Source: a virus (Duplodnaviria > Heunggongvirae > Uroviricota > Caudoviricetes). Taken from it: a DNA stretch of 64,000 nucleotides. Location of the stretch: IMG/VR virus record IMGVR_UViG_3300033076_001232, positions 1 to 64,000 of that record; one strand, written 5' to 3'. The notes under the pieces were generated by a model. It worked only from the letters and a program-made list of their open reading frames with translations, searched no databases and was not told the DNA's origin. The translations under genes were made by a program, and so were the position numbers. Positions 19,354-28,571 of this stretch are shown one piece after another; the first letter of the stretch is position 1; every line of letters begins with the position of its first letter.

Positions 19354-19920
19354 ATGGGCAAAGAAAACAATATTAAAGAGCTAGTCTTTAGTGATACCTC
19401 TTTTTTAACGGATGAATTTTTTGGACTATCTAATTGGAAGATTGTGAAAAAACTAGATGAACATGAAAAAATTTCATTTAGGGTATTTACTTCTGATGAT
19501 TCTGATCTTATAATTAATCATAGAAGTGATAAGATCTATTTAGAAATGGCACAAATCTGGGGAAAAAATTCATACTGTGAGAGAAAAAAAGTTGGATGCT
19601 TAATTGTCAATAACAGAGCTATAATTTCGGATGGCTACAATGGGTCACCTACTGGATTTCCTAATAAGTGTGAGGTAGATGATGTTACTTTACCTTATGT
19701 CCTCCATGCGGAAGCTAATGCCATAACTAAATTAGCAAGAGGGACACAAAGTTCCGACGGATCCGTTCTTTATGTTACGTTATCTCCTTGCTATGAATGT
19801 TCAAAACTTATCATACAATCTGGTATAAAAAGAGTGGTTTTTAATCAGATTTACAGAAAAATGGAATCAATATCCTTTCTTGCTGAGGCAGGAATTGAGA
19901 TAATAAAAATAAATATTTAA
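19354..19920 (+). CDS. dCMP deaminase
   Basis: KVGC, GYNG, HAEANAI and TLSPCYEC zinc motifs; has an N-terminal extension. Confidence 0.92.
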   Translation: MGKENNIKELVFSDTSFLTDEFFGLSNWKIVKKLDEHEKISFRVFTSDDSDLIINHRSDKIYLEMAQIWGKNSYCERKKVGCLIVNNRAIISDGYNGSPTGFPNKCEVDDVTLPYVLHAEANAITKLARGTQSSDGSVLYVTLSPCYECSKLIIQSGIKRVVFNQIYRKMESISFLAEAGIEIIKINI

Positions 19921-19927
19921 TTACTGC

Positions 19928-20527
19928 ATGGAGAAAAATATACAAAAACTCGCCGAGGATTTTATGGAATTCAAAACAGACAGAGCTTTCCAACCATTAT
20001 TTGACAGACTTAGACCCGGCGTATTAAACCATTGTTTTCTTATAGTGAAGGAGAATGAACTAGCACAGGATGCTTTTATCAACACAATGGCAAAGGTCTG
20101 GCTTAAGATAGATCAATATGATAAAGATCGAGGTAATTTTTCTACATGGTGTTACAATATTGCCAGGAATGAGTGTTTATTGCTACTGAAATCCAGGAAG
20201 AGATATTTCTCTCATAATGAATCTGAATTAGACTTTCTTTCTGCTAAAAACACTCTAGGCGATTTAGGAGGAGTTTATTTAATGGAGGAGGATCCTGCCA
20301 ATTTTGTATTTGGTGAGGAAAATACAGTGGATGAGATATATGAATCTGTGCTGGATGAGATCCGAGATCTTCCTGACTTATATCGGGATATTATGATAGA
20401 TCGTGAAATAAATAACATGAAGTATAAGGATATCGCGGAGAAATATGGTATAAAGAAAAGATCCATAGCCACTAGAATTAGGAGGGCAAGAGGTAAGATA
20501 AGAAAAAAAATGGGTGGGAAACATTGA
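19928..20527 (+). CDS. ECF-type sigma-70 RNA polymerase sigma factor
   Basis: Region 2 AQDAF...KVW...FSTWCYNIARN and region 4 HTH YKDIAEKYGI...IATRIRRAR. Confidence 0.9.
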   Translation: MEKNIQKLAEDFMEFKTDRAFQPLFDRLRPGVLNHCFLIVKENELAQDAFINTMAKVWLKIDQYDKDRGNFSTWCYNIARNECLLLLKSRKRYFSHNESELDFLSAKNTLGDLGGVYLMEEDPANFVFGEENTVDEIYESVLDEIRDLPDLYRDIMIDREINNMKYKDIAEKYGIKKRSIATRIRRARGKIRKKMGGKH

Positions 20528-20558
20528 TTCTCATTGTCATATAATATAAAAAAGGGAT

Positions 20559-20984
20559 ATGTTCAGGATCATTAAAGTAATAAAGGAGATAAGACTCTAC
20601 CGGGAATATTCCAGGATAGTAAGAAAAGAAGAGGCAGAGTCACAAATTTGGAGAAGAAGAAATTTAAGGAGAGATAGACTTAATCGAATCTATACGGTAG
20701 TGAATTTACCTCTTCAGGTTTTAGCTTCTGTTGATTTACCAAGAGAATCTAGACCTTCTTTTGTAATTCAGGAATTAAAACCAATAAACGAGTATCTTAA
20801 GTCTCTTAATATAGAGGAGATCATAACAATGTGGATAGAACCGGTTAAAGGTACAGACGAGGAATCTTATCTGGTCGTCTATCAGTTTTTGTTTAGATAT
20901 TTATCTTGGCTTTGGATACTTAGATTACTTTTAGAACTCTCAGTTATCTCCGTATTAGCATACTATTTTTTATTCTATAAATAA
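20559..20984 (+). CDS. Hypothetical protein with C-terminal transmembrane helix
   Basis: Hydrophobic C-terminus; class II motif at 20518 (17-nt spacer). Confidence 0.7.
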   Translation: MFRIIKVIKEIRLYREYSRIVRKEEAESQIWRRRNLRRDRLNRIYTVVNLPLQVLASVDLPRESRPSFVIQELKPINEYLKSLNIEEIITMWIEPVKGTDEESYLVVYQFLFRYLSWLWILRLLLELSVISVLAYYFLFYK

Positions 20985-20992
20985 TTGATATA

Positions 20993-21796
20993 ATGTCAGA
21001 TGGGTTAATCCAAGCTAAAAAGAGAGAAATAGAGGAGAAGCTAAAATTTTACGAGGATTCAAATTTTACCTTTCACGAGGAATCACATGTTTATAGATAT
21101 AGCGGGGTTAAATTCGATTCGGTTACAACCTTCCTTAAAGTTTTTAAAGTCCCATTCGATAGGGAATATTGGTCAAAGAAAAAGGCTGAAGAAAGAGGTG
21201 TTGATGTATCTGTAATTTTAAACGAATGGGAAACCAAGGGTGACATATCGAGAACTCTTGGTACCAACGTTCATAAATTCATAGAAGATTTTTGGATGGG
21301 TAAAAATCCGGAGATTCCAGAAGATCCGGATGTTAGAAAAAGGGTTATGGATTTTCTTGATGTCTACAATAAGAGACTACATATATTAACCCCTCTTAAA
21401 TCGGAGCTAAAAATATTCTCTAGAAAATGGAGATTAGCAGGAACTATAGATCAGCCCCTTTTATTATGGGATGCTAAATCTGAGAAGGTCTACTTAATCA
21501 TAGGTGACTGGAAAACCAATGGTGAATTCAAAAGTGACAATCATCCGAAAGGAAGATTTAAGAAACTACTAAGACCCTTTAATAACCTTTATGAAAATGA
21601 TCACAACGAGTATTCTATTCAGATAAGCCTATATAGATTGATCTTAGAGGAAATTGGAATAGAAACAGAGAGTGGATTTCTTTTACATTTAGGTCCGGAA
21701 GATACCAGAATATACCCGGCTAAAGATCTTAGAGAACCTCTAAGAGCTTATTTGGATCAAAATAGAGTAGATTTCGATATTTTTAAAATAGATTAG
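20993..21796 (+). CDS. PD-(D/E)XK (RecB-like) exonuclease
   Basis: SVTT, GTNVH, LAGTID, IGDWKT and QISLY motifs. Confidence 0.85.
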   Translation: MSDGLIQAKKREIEEKLKFYEDSNFTFHEESHVYRYSGVKFDSVTTFLKVFKVPFDREYWSKKKAEERGVDVSVILNEWETKGDISRTLGTNVHKFIEDFWMGKNPEIPEDPDVRKRVMDFLDVYNKRLHILTPLKSELKIFSRKWRLAGTIDQPLLLWDAKSEKVYLIIGDWKTNGEFKSDNHPKGRFKKLLRPFNNLYENDHNEYSIQISLYRLILEEIGIETESGFLLHLGPEDTRIYPAKDLREPLRAYLDQNRVDFDIFKID

Positions 21797-21842
21797 AAAC
21801 AAAACAGTAAAAGATAACTAAAAATAAAAAAAAATAAGAAAA

Positions 21843-22379
21843 ATGACAAAGAAAAAATCAGAAGAAATGCCAAACAACCACGTAGAAATGCCAGGTGGAT
21901 CTTCAGTAGTAGACTTTGAAACTACTCAGGGAGCATTTGAATCTAACGTTGTAGTTGATTCAGAACTTGTTGATAGCATTCAGAATCAGATTCAAGAAAA
22001 GAAGGAAGAGATTAAGAGTAAGGTTTATGCAGTAACTTGCTCAGATTCACTGTTTTCTGAATATGAGACATTCATGAGAGAAAAAGCAGAATGGAATTCT
22101 ACAGAGGCTCTAGGGGTCGTTGAAATTAACAAGCAAATTGCTAGAATTAAAAAGGATGGAATTAAGGATGGAGTTATCTACCTTGGTGCACTTCCTTTAG
22201 AGGCTAGCCACTATTTTCTTTCAAAATCTAAAGGAGTAGGTGTAGAAAGTGCTGAAGCTTTTATCAAATTGTATAAGGCTTTCGATCAGGCATTAAATGA
22301 TGCTAAGCAAGATGCTGCATCAATTAAAGATCTAGAAAAACAATTAGCTGCTGCAATGCAGGGCATTACCTTAGGATAA
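21843..22379 (+). CDS. Hypothetical helical protein
   Basis: ORF with A-rich leader, class II promoter at 21796 and a downstream terminator. Confidence 0.75.
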   Translation: MTKKKSEEMPNNHVEMPGGSSVVDFETTQGAFESNVVVDSELVDSIQNQIQEKKEEIKSKVYAVTCSDSLFSEYETFMREKAEWNSTEALGVVEINKQIARIKKDGIKDGVIYLGALPLEASHYFLSKSKGVGVESAEAFIKLYKAFDQALNDAKQDAASIKDLEKQLAAAMQGITLG

Positions 22380-22392
22380 ACCTCCAATATAT

Positions 22393-22428
22393 AAAAAAGG
22401 CTAGCTTTTCAAAAGGCTAGCTTTTTTT
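22393..22428 (+). terminator. Intrinsic terminator
   Basis: aaaaaaggctagc-ttttcaaaag-gctagc-ttttttt. Confidence 0.75.
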
Positions 22429-22476
22429 GTATGCTGAAGTTTAGAAATAGATATATAGACAGTAAACTATTAAATT

Positions 22477-22770
22477 ATGAAAGCAATAGAAAAAATCAAA
22501 TCAAATTATTGGATTATACTTCTTTTCCTTACAACAATTATTTTCTTCAAACAATGTAGTGTGAGAAATGATGTAGACAGAATCGAGAAGAATATAAAAT
22601 CACTAGAAGAAAAAACTGATTCGATCCAGGATAATACCGTAACTCGTGATCAGGTTAAGTACGAGATGAATCAGACCATGTTTAACTTCCTTATTTATGA
22701 GGATGATTTTGACAAAGGTAGATCATCTTTATCTGACATTAGAAATAAAATAAATAAAGGTGAGCAGTAA
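22477..22770 (+). CDS. Small membrane-anchored (possible lipoprotein) coiled-coil protein
   Basis: WIILLFLTTIIFFKQC followed by a coiled coil; GATATATA at 22450. Confidence 0.7.
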   Translation: MKAIEKIKSNYWIILLFLTTIIFFKQCSVRNDVDRIEKNIKSLEEKTDSIQDNTVTRDQVKYEMNQTMFNFLIYEDDFDKGRSSLSDIRNKINKGEQ

Positions 22771-23389
22771 ACTAGTTAGGGGTTTTATTATAACTACTTT
22801 CGTTAGCTTATATCTGGTCGTTTCTTTGATATCGACCATTCACGTCATAGACTTTTTTAAGCTTTCTAACCCAGATTGGCTTGCAATATCTTTGGCTATA
22901 GCTTTTGAAATAGGAGCTGCTGCATCTCTCGCAAGTTTAATAGCTCTAGATAAAATGAACAAAACAATGGTTTGGGTTCTTTTTATTTTATTGACTGCCA
23001 TGCAGGCTATGGGTAATACCTACTACGCATATACCCATTTGGAAAACTTTAATTCTTGGGTAGAACTCTTTGGACTGGTTGAGGAGGAGTTAATTTATCA
23101 GAAAAGAATTCTTTCTATAATAAGTGGTGCAACACTTCCTTTAGTAGCTTTAGGATTTATTAAATCACTAGTTGATTACATAAAACCTCAGGAAGAAAAA
23201 CTTGAAAGTGATCCAACGGCCATACAACCAGAAGCAATGGATGGAGGAACAAGGGGGGATCAGATTAAAGATATATCCGTTTCTAAGATTGTAGAAGAGG
23301 AATCTTCCCAAGATGAAATCCCTAAAATCGAAGAATCAAAAAGAGTTAATCGGAACATAATATATGAAGATCCGACCACGTTAAAATAA
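22760..23389 (+). CDS. Multi-pass membrane protein (about 4 TM) with acidic tail
   Basis: Four hydrophobic segments in the translation. Confidence 0.75.
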   Translation: MSSKLVRGFIITTFVSLYLVVSLISTIHVIDFFKLSNPDWLAISLAIAFEIGAAASLASLIALDKMNKTMVWVLFILLTAMQAMGNTYYAYTHLENFNSWVELFGLVEEELIYQKRILSIISGATLPLVALGFIKSLVDYIKPQEEKLESDPTAIQPEAMDGGTRGDQIKDISVSKIVEEESSQDEIPKIEESKRVNRNIIYEDPTTLK

Positions 23390-23399
23390 TAGATACAAA

Positions 23400-24068
23400 T
23401 TGGCAGATAATCAGGATAACAATTTTTATGGTGGTAGTGCTTCCGAGACGGGATCTGAATTTTTCACAGGGGGAAGCGCAGGATATCCCTTGGATCCATT
23501 AGGTGGATCGACTGGAGGATTTGAGACCAGATACACCAATATAGCAGAAATAACGAGGGATCTAGAAAGAGTAGAGGCTACTTTTAAAAGATTCAATGAC
23601 CCGATAGAGATTGAATTCATAAAGGAATCTTTTAGAGTCAACCAGCAGTCACAGACACTAAATTCATTAGATCTAGTTGATTTCTTCCATCCCCTACAGG
23701 ACTTTTCTGAATTTCAAAAGGTTTCAATGATCATAGGTCCAAGATCTTCTGCAAACCTAGATCCTGGATCATTCTATGGAACTACTGGAGAGGTTTCTAT
23801 GTTAATAGCAAGAGCTAATTATTTACCGGAAACCCCAGAAGATCAGAAAGTTCTATTCTGGGATTATAAAGCTAACGAAAGAAACATAATGGGAGAAATT
23901 ATGGTTCTAACTGGAGCAATCAAAGACGGTTCTCAATGGAGAGGATGGGATGTCGATCCATTTTCTACATATGGACATACCGGAAATGCAAACCTTGCAA
24001 ATGGTGGATTTACTTTCACGAACCCGACTGACTACAATGTCAAGTTAACAGTAATAGCAGCAAATTAA
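23400..24068 (+). CDS. Hypothetical protein, probably virion; paralog of the next gene
   Basis: WDYK..MGEIMVLTG..GW..GGFTFTNP is shared with 24070..24555. Confidence 0.65.
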   Translation: MADNQDNNFYGGSASETGSEFFTGGSAGYPLDPLGGSTGGFETRYTNIAEITRDLERVEATFKRFNDPIEIEFIKESFRVNQQSQTLNSLDLVDFFHPLQDFSEFQKVSMIIGPRSSANLDPGSFYGTTGEVSMLIARANYLPETPEDQKVLFWDYKANERNIMGEIMVLTGAIKDGSQWRGWDVDPFSTYGHTGNANLANGGFTFTNPTDYNVKLTVIAAN

Positions 24069-24069
24069 C

Positions 24070-24555
24070 ATGGCAACACAACCTATAACATGTCCATACG
24101 ATGTACTTGAAGGATTTAGATTCTATCGAGGAAATTTAGTACTTGATACTGGACGCACAAACAATCCTCAGAGATATCTTGAAATGTCCGATCTATCATT
24201 GGTTATTCAAAACTTTGCAAGAAACAGAGCGGTTTTAAATGAATCATCTTGCTACCTTTTAAGCCAACCTGATGTAGCGGATCAATATGGATTTGTGTCT
24301 TTTATTGCAATAAAAGCTATTTTCCCTAGCGATATCGTGGAATCCAAGAAATACCTAAACTGGACATATCAGGGTAAAACTTATTATATGGGTGAACTTA
24401 TGATATTAAGTGGTAAAAGAATCTCTTCAGTAGATGCAGGGTACGAGGGGTGGAATCTAAGTAAACCTGGTACTACCCCACAGGATGGAGGAATTACATT
24501 TTGTAATCCCCATACCGATATAAAAATAAGATTAGAAATGTTAATCGGTCAGTAA
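24070..24555 (+). CDS. Hypothetical protein, probably virion; paralog of the previous gene
   Basis: WTYQ..MGELMILSG..GW..GGITFCNP. Confidence 0.7.
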   Translation: MATQPITCPYDVLEGFRFYRGNLVLDTGRTNNPQRYLEMSDLSLVIQNFARNRAVLNESSCYLLSQPDVADQYGFVSFIAIKAIFPSDIVESKKYLNWTYQGKTYYMGELMILSGKRISSVDAGYEGWNLSKPGTTPQDGGITFCNPHTDIKIRLEMLIGQ

Positions 24556-24633
24556 AACCATTGAGCGATTAAATATATACTGTAAAAGTTTTGTATTCTG
24601 TTTGGATATATAATTCGAAAAAAAAATTTAACT

Positions 24634-26874
24634 ATGGACTTCATAAACCAGGTAAAAAAGCTAAAAGACACAACAAAATCTCCGGAGGTCAAAGCTCTTT
24701 GTGAAAGTTTCCTTAACGGTGGATCCGTTTCTAAGGAACAACTATTTGAATCCTTCGAGAATCACAATATATCGATCGATAGCGAAAACAAGGTGCAAAG
24801 TCATCTTGATGCTATTAGAAGCGAAGAAATGGAAGCATCTAAAAGATTAGCCGAATCTTTAATGGAATCTTGGTCGGGATTAAACAAAAACAAAGATCTA
24901 GGTAATTCTGGTTCTTATGTTGGTTTAAAAGAAACTAATAATTCTCTATTTGAATCTGCTAGCCCATCTTTCATGGAGGAACTAGAAAAAGCAGGTTCTA
25001 TTGACAGATCAGCTGGCGAATTCATAAAATCTAATATGGTTAATAAATTAGGTATCTTGGAATCAATAGAGACTATCAAGGAATCTTCTATTTATACATA
25101 TCCTAAAGCCAGAATTATCTGCGAGCAATACCAGAATCTTATTATAAACAAAAGAGTACCTGAATTTTCTTTAGTTCATAATTTCATTAACGATATTCAG
25201 TCTTTGAATTGGGACGATACAGTTAAAGGAGTTTCTGCAACCCTTAAAGAGAATGCTGAATCTCTTTCTAGAGAAATTGAAGTTGCTAAGGTTATAGAAT
25301 CTATTAAAAATTCAGGCAGTTCTAATTTTTATTCCGAATTGAATGACGTTCTAAGTGAATGGATGGTTTCAGAAAACAAATCGAATGCACTTTTAGTGAA
25401 GAACATTTCAAAATGGTCATTCAATCCAGTAGTTAGAAATTTAATCAACTTTATAAACGTAAACGAAAGCACTGACAATAGAAAATTAGAAATTCCTACT
25501 GTTGCTCAGGGTGAATCTTCAGTTTCTAAAGTATTCTCTCCTGTTATGTTAGGCAGTCATAAATCAATTTTCTATCTAGGTGGAAATGTATTTGAAACTA
25601 ACTCAGCTGAGATTAAGAGATTGGGTAAAAAAGAGGTATCTGAATTATCATCAGATTACATAAGCTTGGTTGAATCATTTACTAAGCCATACGTTAGAGT
25701 TAACGAAGAAGGAGTATTCGTTCAAATAGGAAAGAGTATAGTAAGAATCATCGAAGAGGGTGAGGAAGTATCGGTTTATCTAGGAAAAAGAAAGTTAAAA
25801 TTTAGTGACCCATCTGGACTTGCTAAAATATTAGGACTTGAATCAGCTACATATTTCGGAGTTAATGAAACTCAGGTAGTTTCAGATATCATGAGACTCT
25901 ACACAAATTACAATAATATCGTAGAGCTTGATTTTGCTAAGACTATAAATTCAAATGTATTTGAAGGTTTAGCAATTAATCTAGTTAAGTGGAACAACCA
26001 GATCTATCTACAGAAGATTAACCAAGGAATGAATGAAAATTCAATCTTTAAAGTTACTGGAAATCAGGCAGTAGCTATGGTTAAAGAATATATGAGATAT
26101 GATATCTCTGAAGGTCTTACTGAATTCTTAGTTGGTGAGAACAAAGTTAAATCTATCATGATCAACGATAGAAATAAGGTTATAGAAAATATTTCTAAAG
26201 TGGAAGAGCAAATAAGCAAATTAGAGACTTTAATGTCTACTAATCCTTTATATTCTGCTTCTACTGAAATAATGTCAGCTAAGAAACTCTTAGAAAACGA
26301 ATTAAACGTTTTAAGAGAAAAATGGAACCAGATCAACATTGAAATAGCTTCTGCTGAAACCACAATAGATTTAGAGAGATCGTTGGAGATTTTTGAAGAT
26401 GAAAAATTCAACATCGGAGACTTTATCAAAGTTAAAGAATCTGGTGACACTGGAAAAATTATTTCCATCGATGCAACATCTGGAAGATATACAGTTCTTT
26501 TAGATACTGGAAAAACTTCAGATTTTCTAATTAGTGAGATTACTGACCTTGAAGAAGCTCTTAGTCAAGCAGCAGAAAAAAATGCAGATTCTTCAGAGGA
26601 AGATGATTCAGAAGAAGAGGTTAAAGAAAATTTCGATGTACTAAGTGGAAATGGAAATAATCTTAACAAATCCCAATTAAGTGAGACTGATCAGAAAAAA
26701 CTTCTAAACAACTTCGCAAAAGGACATGGATTTTCTAAAGCCCCTGGTGCTGAAAACGGTAAGGTAGATATGAAGATGGATTCGCTTCATGGATATAATT
26801 CTACTATGAATGAAGAAAACGAGGGAGAAAAAAAAACCCAAGTCGTAACTTCTACTTCGCACCAAAATCAGTAG
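24634..26874 (+). CDS. Large late protein, probable prohead core/internal protein; a -1 frame extension runs to 26987
   Basis: GATATATA at 24605; many L/I-x-E(S) motifs, a coiled coil and an SH3/KOW-like segment (FNIGDFIKVK..GKIISID..YTV). Confidence 0.65.
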   Translation: MDFINQVKKLKDTTKSPEVKALCESFLNGGSVSKEQLFESFENHNISIDSENKVQSHLDAIRSEEMEASKRLAESLMESWSGLNKNKDLGNSGSYVGLKETNNSLFESASPSFMEELEKAGSIDRSAGEFIKSNMVNKLGILESIETIKESSIYTYPKARIICEQYQNLIINKRVPEFSLVHNFINDIQSLNWDDTVKGVSATLKENAESLSREIEVAKVIESIKNSGSSNFYSELNDVLSEWMVSENKSNALLVKNISKWSFNPVVRNLINFINVNESTDNRKLEIPTVAQGESSVSKVFSPVMLGSHKSIFYLGGNVFETNSAEIKRLGKKEVSELSSDYISLVESFTKPYVRVNEEGVFVQIGKSIVRIIEEGEEVSVYLGKRKLKFSDPSGLAKILGLESATYFGVNETQVVSDIMRLYTNYNNIVELDFAKTINSNVFEGLAINLVKWNNQIYLQKINQGMNENSIFKVTGNQAVAMVKEYMRYDISEGLTEFLVGENKVKSIMINDRNKVIENISKVEEQISKLETLMSTNPLYSASTEIMSAKKLLENELNVLREKWNQINIEIASAETTIDLERSLEIFEDEKFNIGDFIKVKESGDTGKIISIDATSGRYTVLLDTGKTSDFLISEITDLEEALSQAAEKNADSSEEDDSEEEVKENFDVLSGNGNNLNKSQLSETDQKKLLNNFAKGHGFSKAPGAENGKVDMKMDSLHGYNSTMNEENEGEKKTQVVTSTSHQNQ

Positions 26875-27001
26875 ATCAAAACAAACCAGGACAACCTTTT
26901 GTTCAATCTTCTGAAGGAAAATTAAGTAAAGCACCTACAGGTAAAAGCGTTACTGAGGAAGAGGAAGAAGGGGAAGATAAAGAATAATAGATAATAAAGA
27001 T

Positions 27002-27040
27002 AGGAGAATGTAGCTTCATAAGAGGCTACATTCTTTTTTT
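27002..27040 (+). terminator. Intrinsic terminator
   Basis: agaatgtagc-ttcataagag-gctacattct-tttttt. Confidence 0.85.
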
Positions 27041-27068
27041 GAAATCTTTTTCTGTTTTGATGGTAGAA
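27041..27068 (+). promoter_or_regulatory. Class II promoter variant GAAAT-N18-TAGAA upstream of the late sigma gene
   Basis: Same spacing as the GAAAC-N18-TANAA sites. Confidence 0.55.
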
Positions 27069-27104
27069 TAAGATAACAAACAAACCAAAATTAATTACAC
27101 TTTA

Positions 27105-27464
27105 ATGGCTAAAGACTATGTAAAAAACAGTGACTTGATGGCTGCTGTAGTGGAATCCAAGAATAAGGGTGAGCTAACTCCGGAAACCATAGAGATGTTT
27201 CATTTAATGATTCAAGGGATTTCAAAGAAGATGTCATATAAGGATCCGGAAGATAAAGAGGACTGTATGGCCTTTGCCATGGAGGATCTATGCAAATATT
27301 GGAACAGATTTAATCCGGAAAAATCAAACAATCCTTTTGCCTATTTCACTCAAATAGCTAAAAATGGATTCGCTAAGGGATGGAAAAAGCTTCATCCACC
27401 AAAGAGTCCAAGAACTATACCTTTTAGTTATATTACTGGGGAGGACAATACATATAACGTGTAA
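27105..27464 (+). CDS. Late-transcription sigma factor (T4 gp55-like), compact
   Basis: YVKNSDL and FNPEKSNNPFAYFTQI, the gp55 signature. Confidence 0.88.
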   Translation: MAKDYVKNSDLMAAVVESKNKGELTPETIEMFHLMIQGISKKMSYKDPEDKEDCMAFAMEDLCKYWNRFNPEKSNNPFAYFTQIAKNGFAKGWKKLHPPKSPRTIPFSYITGEDNTYNV

Positions 27465-27474
27465 TATTATTCCT

Positions 27475-27960
27475 ATGGTAGATATCAAGAAAGTAAAACC
27501 CAATGGTGAATACAGATCTGGAAAATACGAGCCCAGAAATCCTGATAAGTACATAGGGGATATACATAACATTATCTATAGATCTTCGTGGGAATATAGA
27601 TTCTGTACATATTGTGATACCAATGAATCCATATTAAAATGGAGTTCAGAACCGGTTTCTATCGATTACTATAATCCTTTAGATAAGAAAGAACACAAAT
27701 ATAATGTTGACTTCTATATAAAAGTGTTAAAAGAAAGCGGAGAGGAACAAGACTGGATAATAGAAATAAAGCCAGAAAATCAGACAAAAAAGCCTATATA
27801 TGAAGGGGTAAACACTCTCAGTAAATTAAAGTCATATAATAGGAATATGCAGATCTGGATAACAAATCAGGCCAAATTTAAGGCTGCGAAAGAATGGGCA
27901 GCTAAAAGAGGATATAAATTTGGTGTGATTGATGAGAATTTCCTTTTTCGTAGCAAATGA
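27475..27960 (+). CDS. Head completion nuclease (T4 gp4-like, TnsA-type)
   Basis: GKYEPRNPDKYIGD..IIYRSSWE, WSSE, Y.VDF, IEIKP motifs. ATG 27475 is preferred over 27364 because it avoids overlap with gp55 and follows AATACATA at 27447. Confidence 0.88.
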   Translation: MVDIKKVKPNGEYRSGKYEPRNPDKYIGDIHNIIYRSSWEYRFCTYCDTNESILKWSSEPVSIDYYNPLDKKEHKYNVDFYIKVLKESGEEQDWIIEIKPENQTKKPIYEGVNTLSKLKSYNRNMQIWITNQAKFKAAKEWAAKRGYKFGVIDENFLFRSK

Positions 27961-28550
27961 GTTTTAGAGATCGGGTCTTAGAGTACAAGAATAAAACAGA
28001 GGGATCAAAGAATATCTTTAAAGAGACCGATGATTATTTTGTGAATGAATATTTCAAAAACAATAAGAGATTTTTAATCCCTCCAGTTTTGCCAAATCTC
28101 GGTGAAATATACTATTTCAACTACTCTACGGATAGCAAAATAACTAAGGATAGAAAATTCATTAATAGATTACCCGTTGTTTTATGTACAGATTTTTTCG
28201 AATCTAACAATTTCAGGATACTTAAAGGAATTGATTTAATAACAGTTCCTCCGAAATACCGGATGGAGATATTATCAAAAGTATATGATACCTTTATAAA
28301 TTCTACCGGAGATATGGAATCGATTGATAATCAGAAAATAAGTGTAAATCTAAAGGATGACATTTTAAGTAAGTTATTGTCAGGAACTGGGTATAAAAAT
28401 TCCCTCTTTGGTTTTAAAACCAATTTTATCAAAAACATTGGTGTTATTAAGTACTCCGATTGGGATAAACTACCATACTTGACTGTCAATGTGTTAGAAG
28501 GCTTGAGAATACAGGGGATATATAGTGAATATGAATCGAAATTAAAATAA
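27957..28550 (+). CDS. DNA end protector (T4 gp2-like)
   Basis: GEIYYFNY...NRLPVVL...GIDLITVPPKYR resembles gp2; adjacent to gp4. Confidence 0.55.
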   Translation: MSFRDRVLEYKNKTEGSKNIFKETDDYFVNEYFKNNKRFLIPPVLPNLGEIYYFNYSTDSKITKDRKFINRLPVVLCTDFFESNNFRILKGIDLITVPPKYRMEILSKVYDTFINSTGDMESIDNQKISVNLKDDILSKLLSGTGYKNSLFGFKTNFIKNIGVIKYSDWDKLPYLTVNVLEGLRIQGIYSEYESKLK

Positions 28551-28571
28551 TATCTCGATCTACAATTTAAA

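Noticed and set aside
20993-21796. Cas4 / CRISPR-associated nuclease
   Set aside because: No Fe-S cysteine cluster and no cas genes or array; generic PD-(D/E)XK exonuclease.
27364-27474. N-terminal extension of the gp4-like ORF
   Set aside because: Overlaps gp55 off-frame; ATG 27475 follows a late-type octamer and matches the expected protein start.
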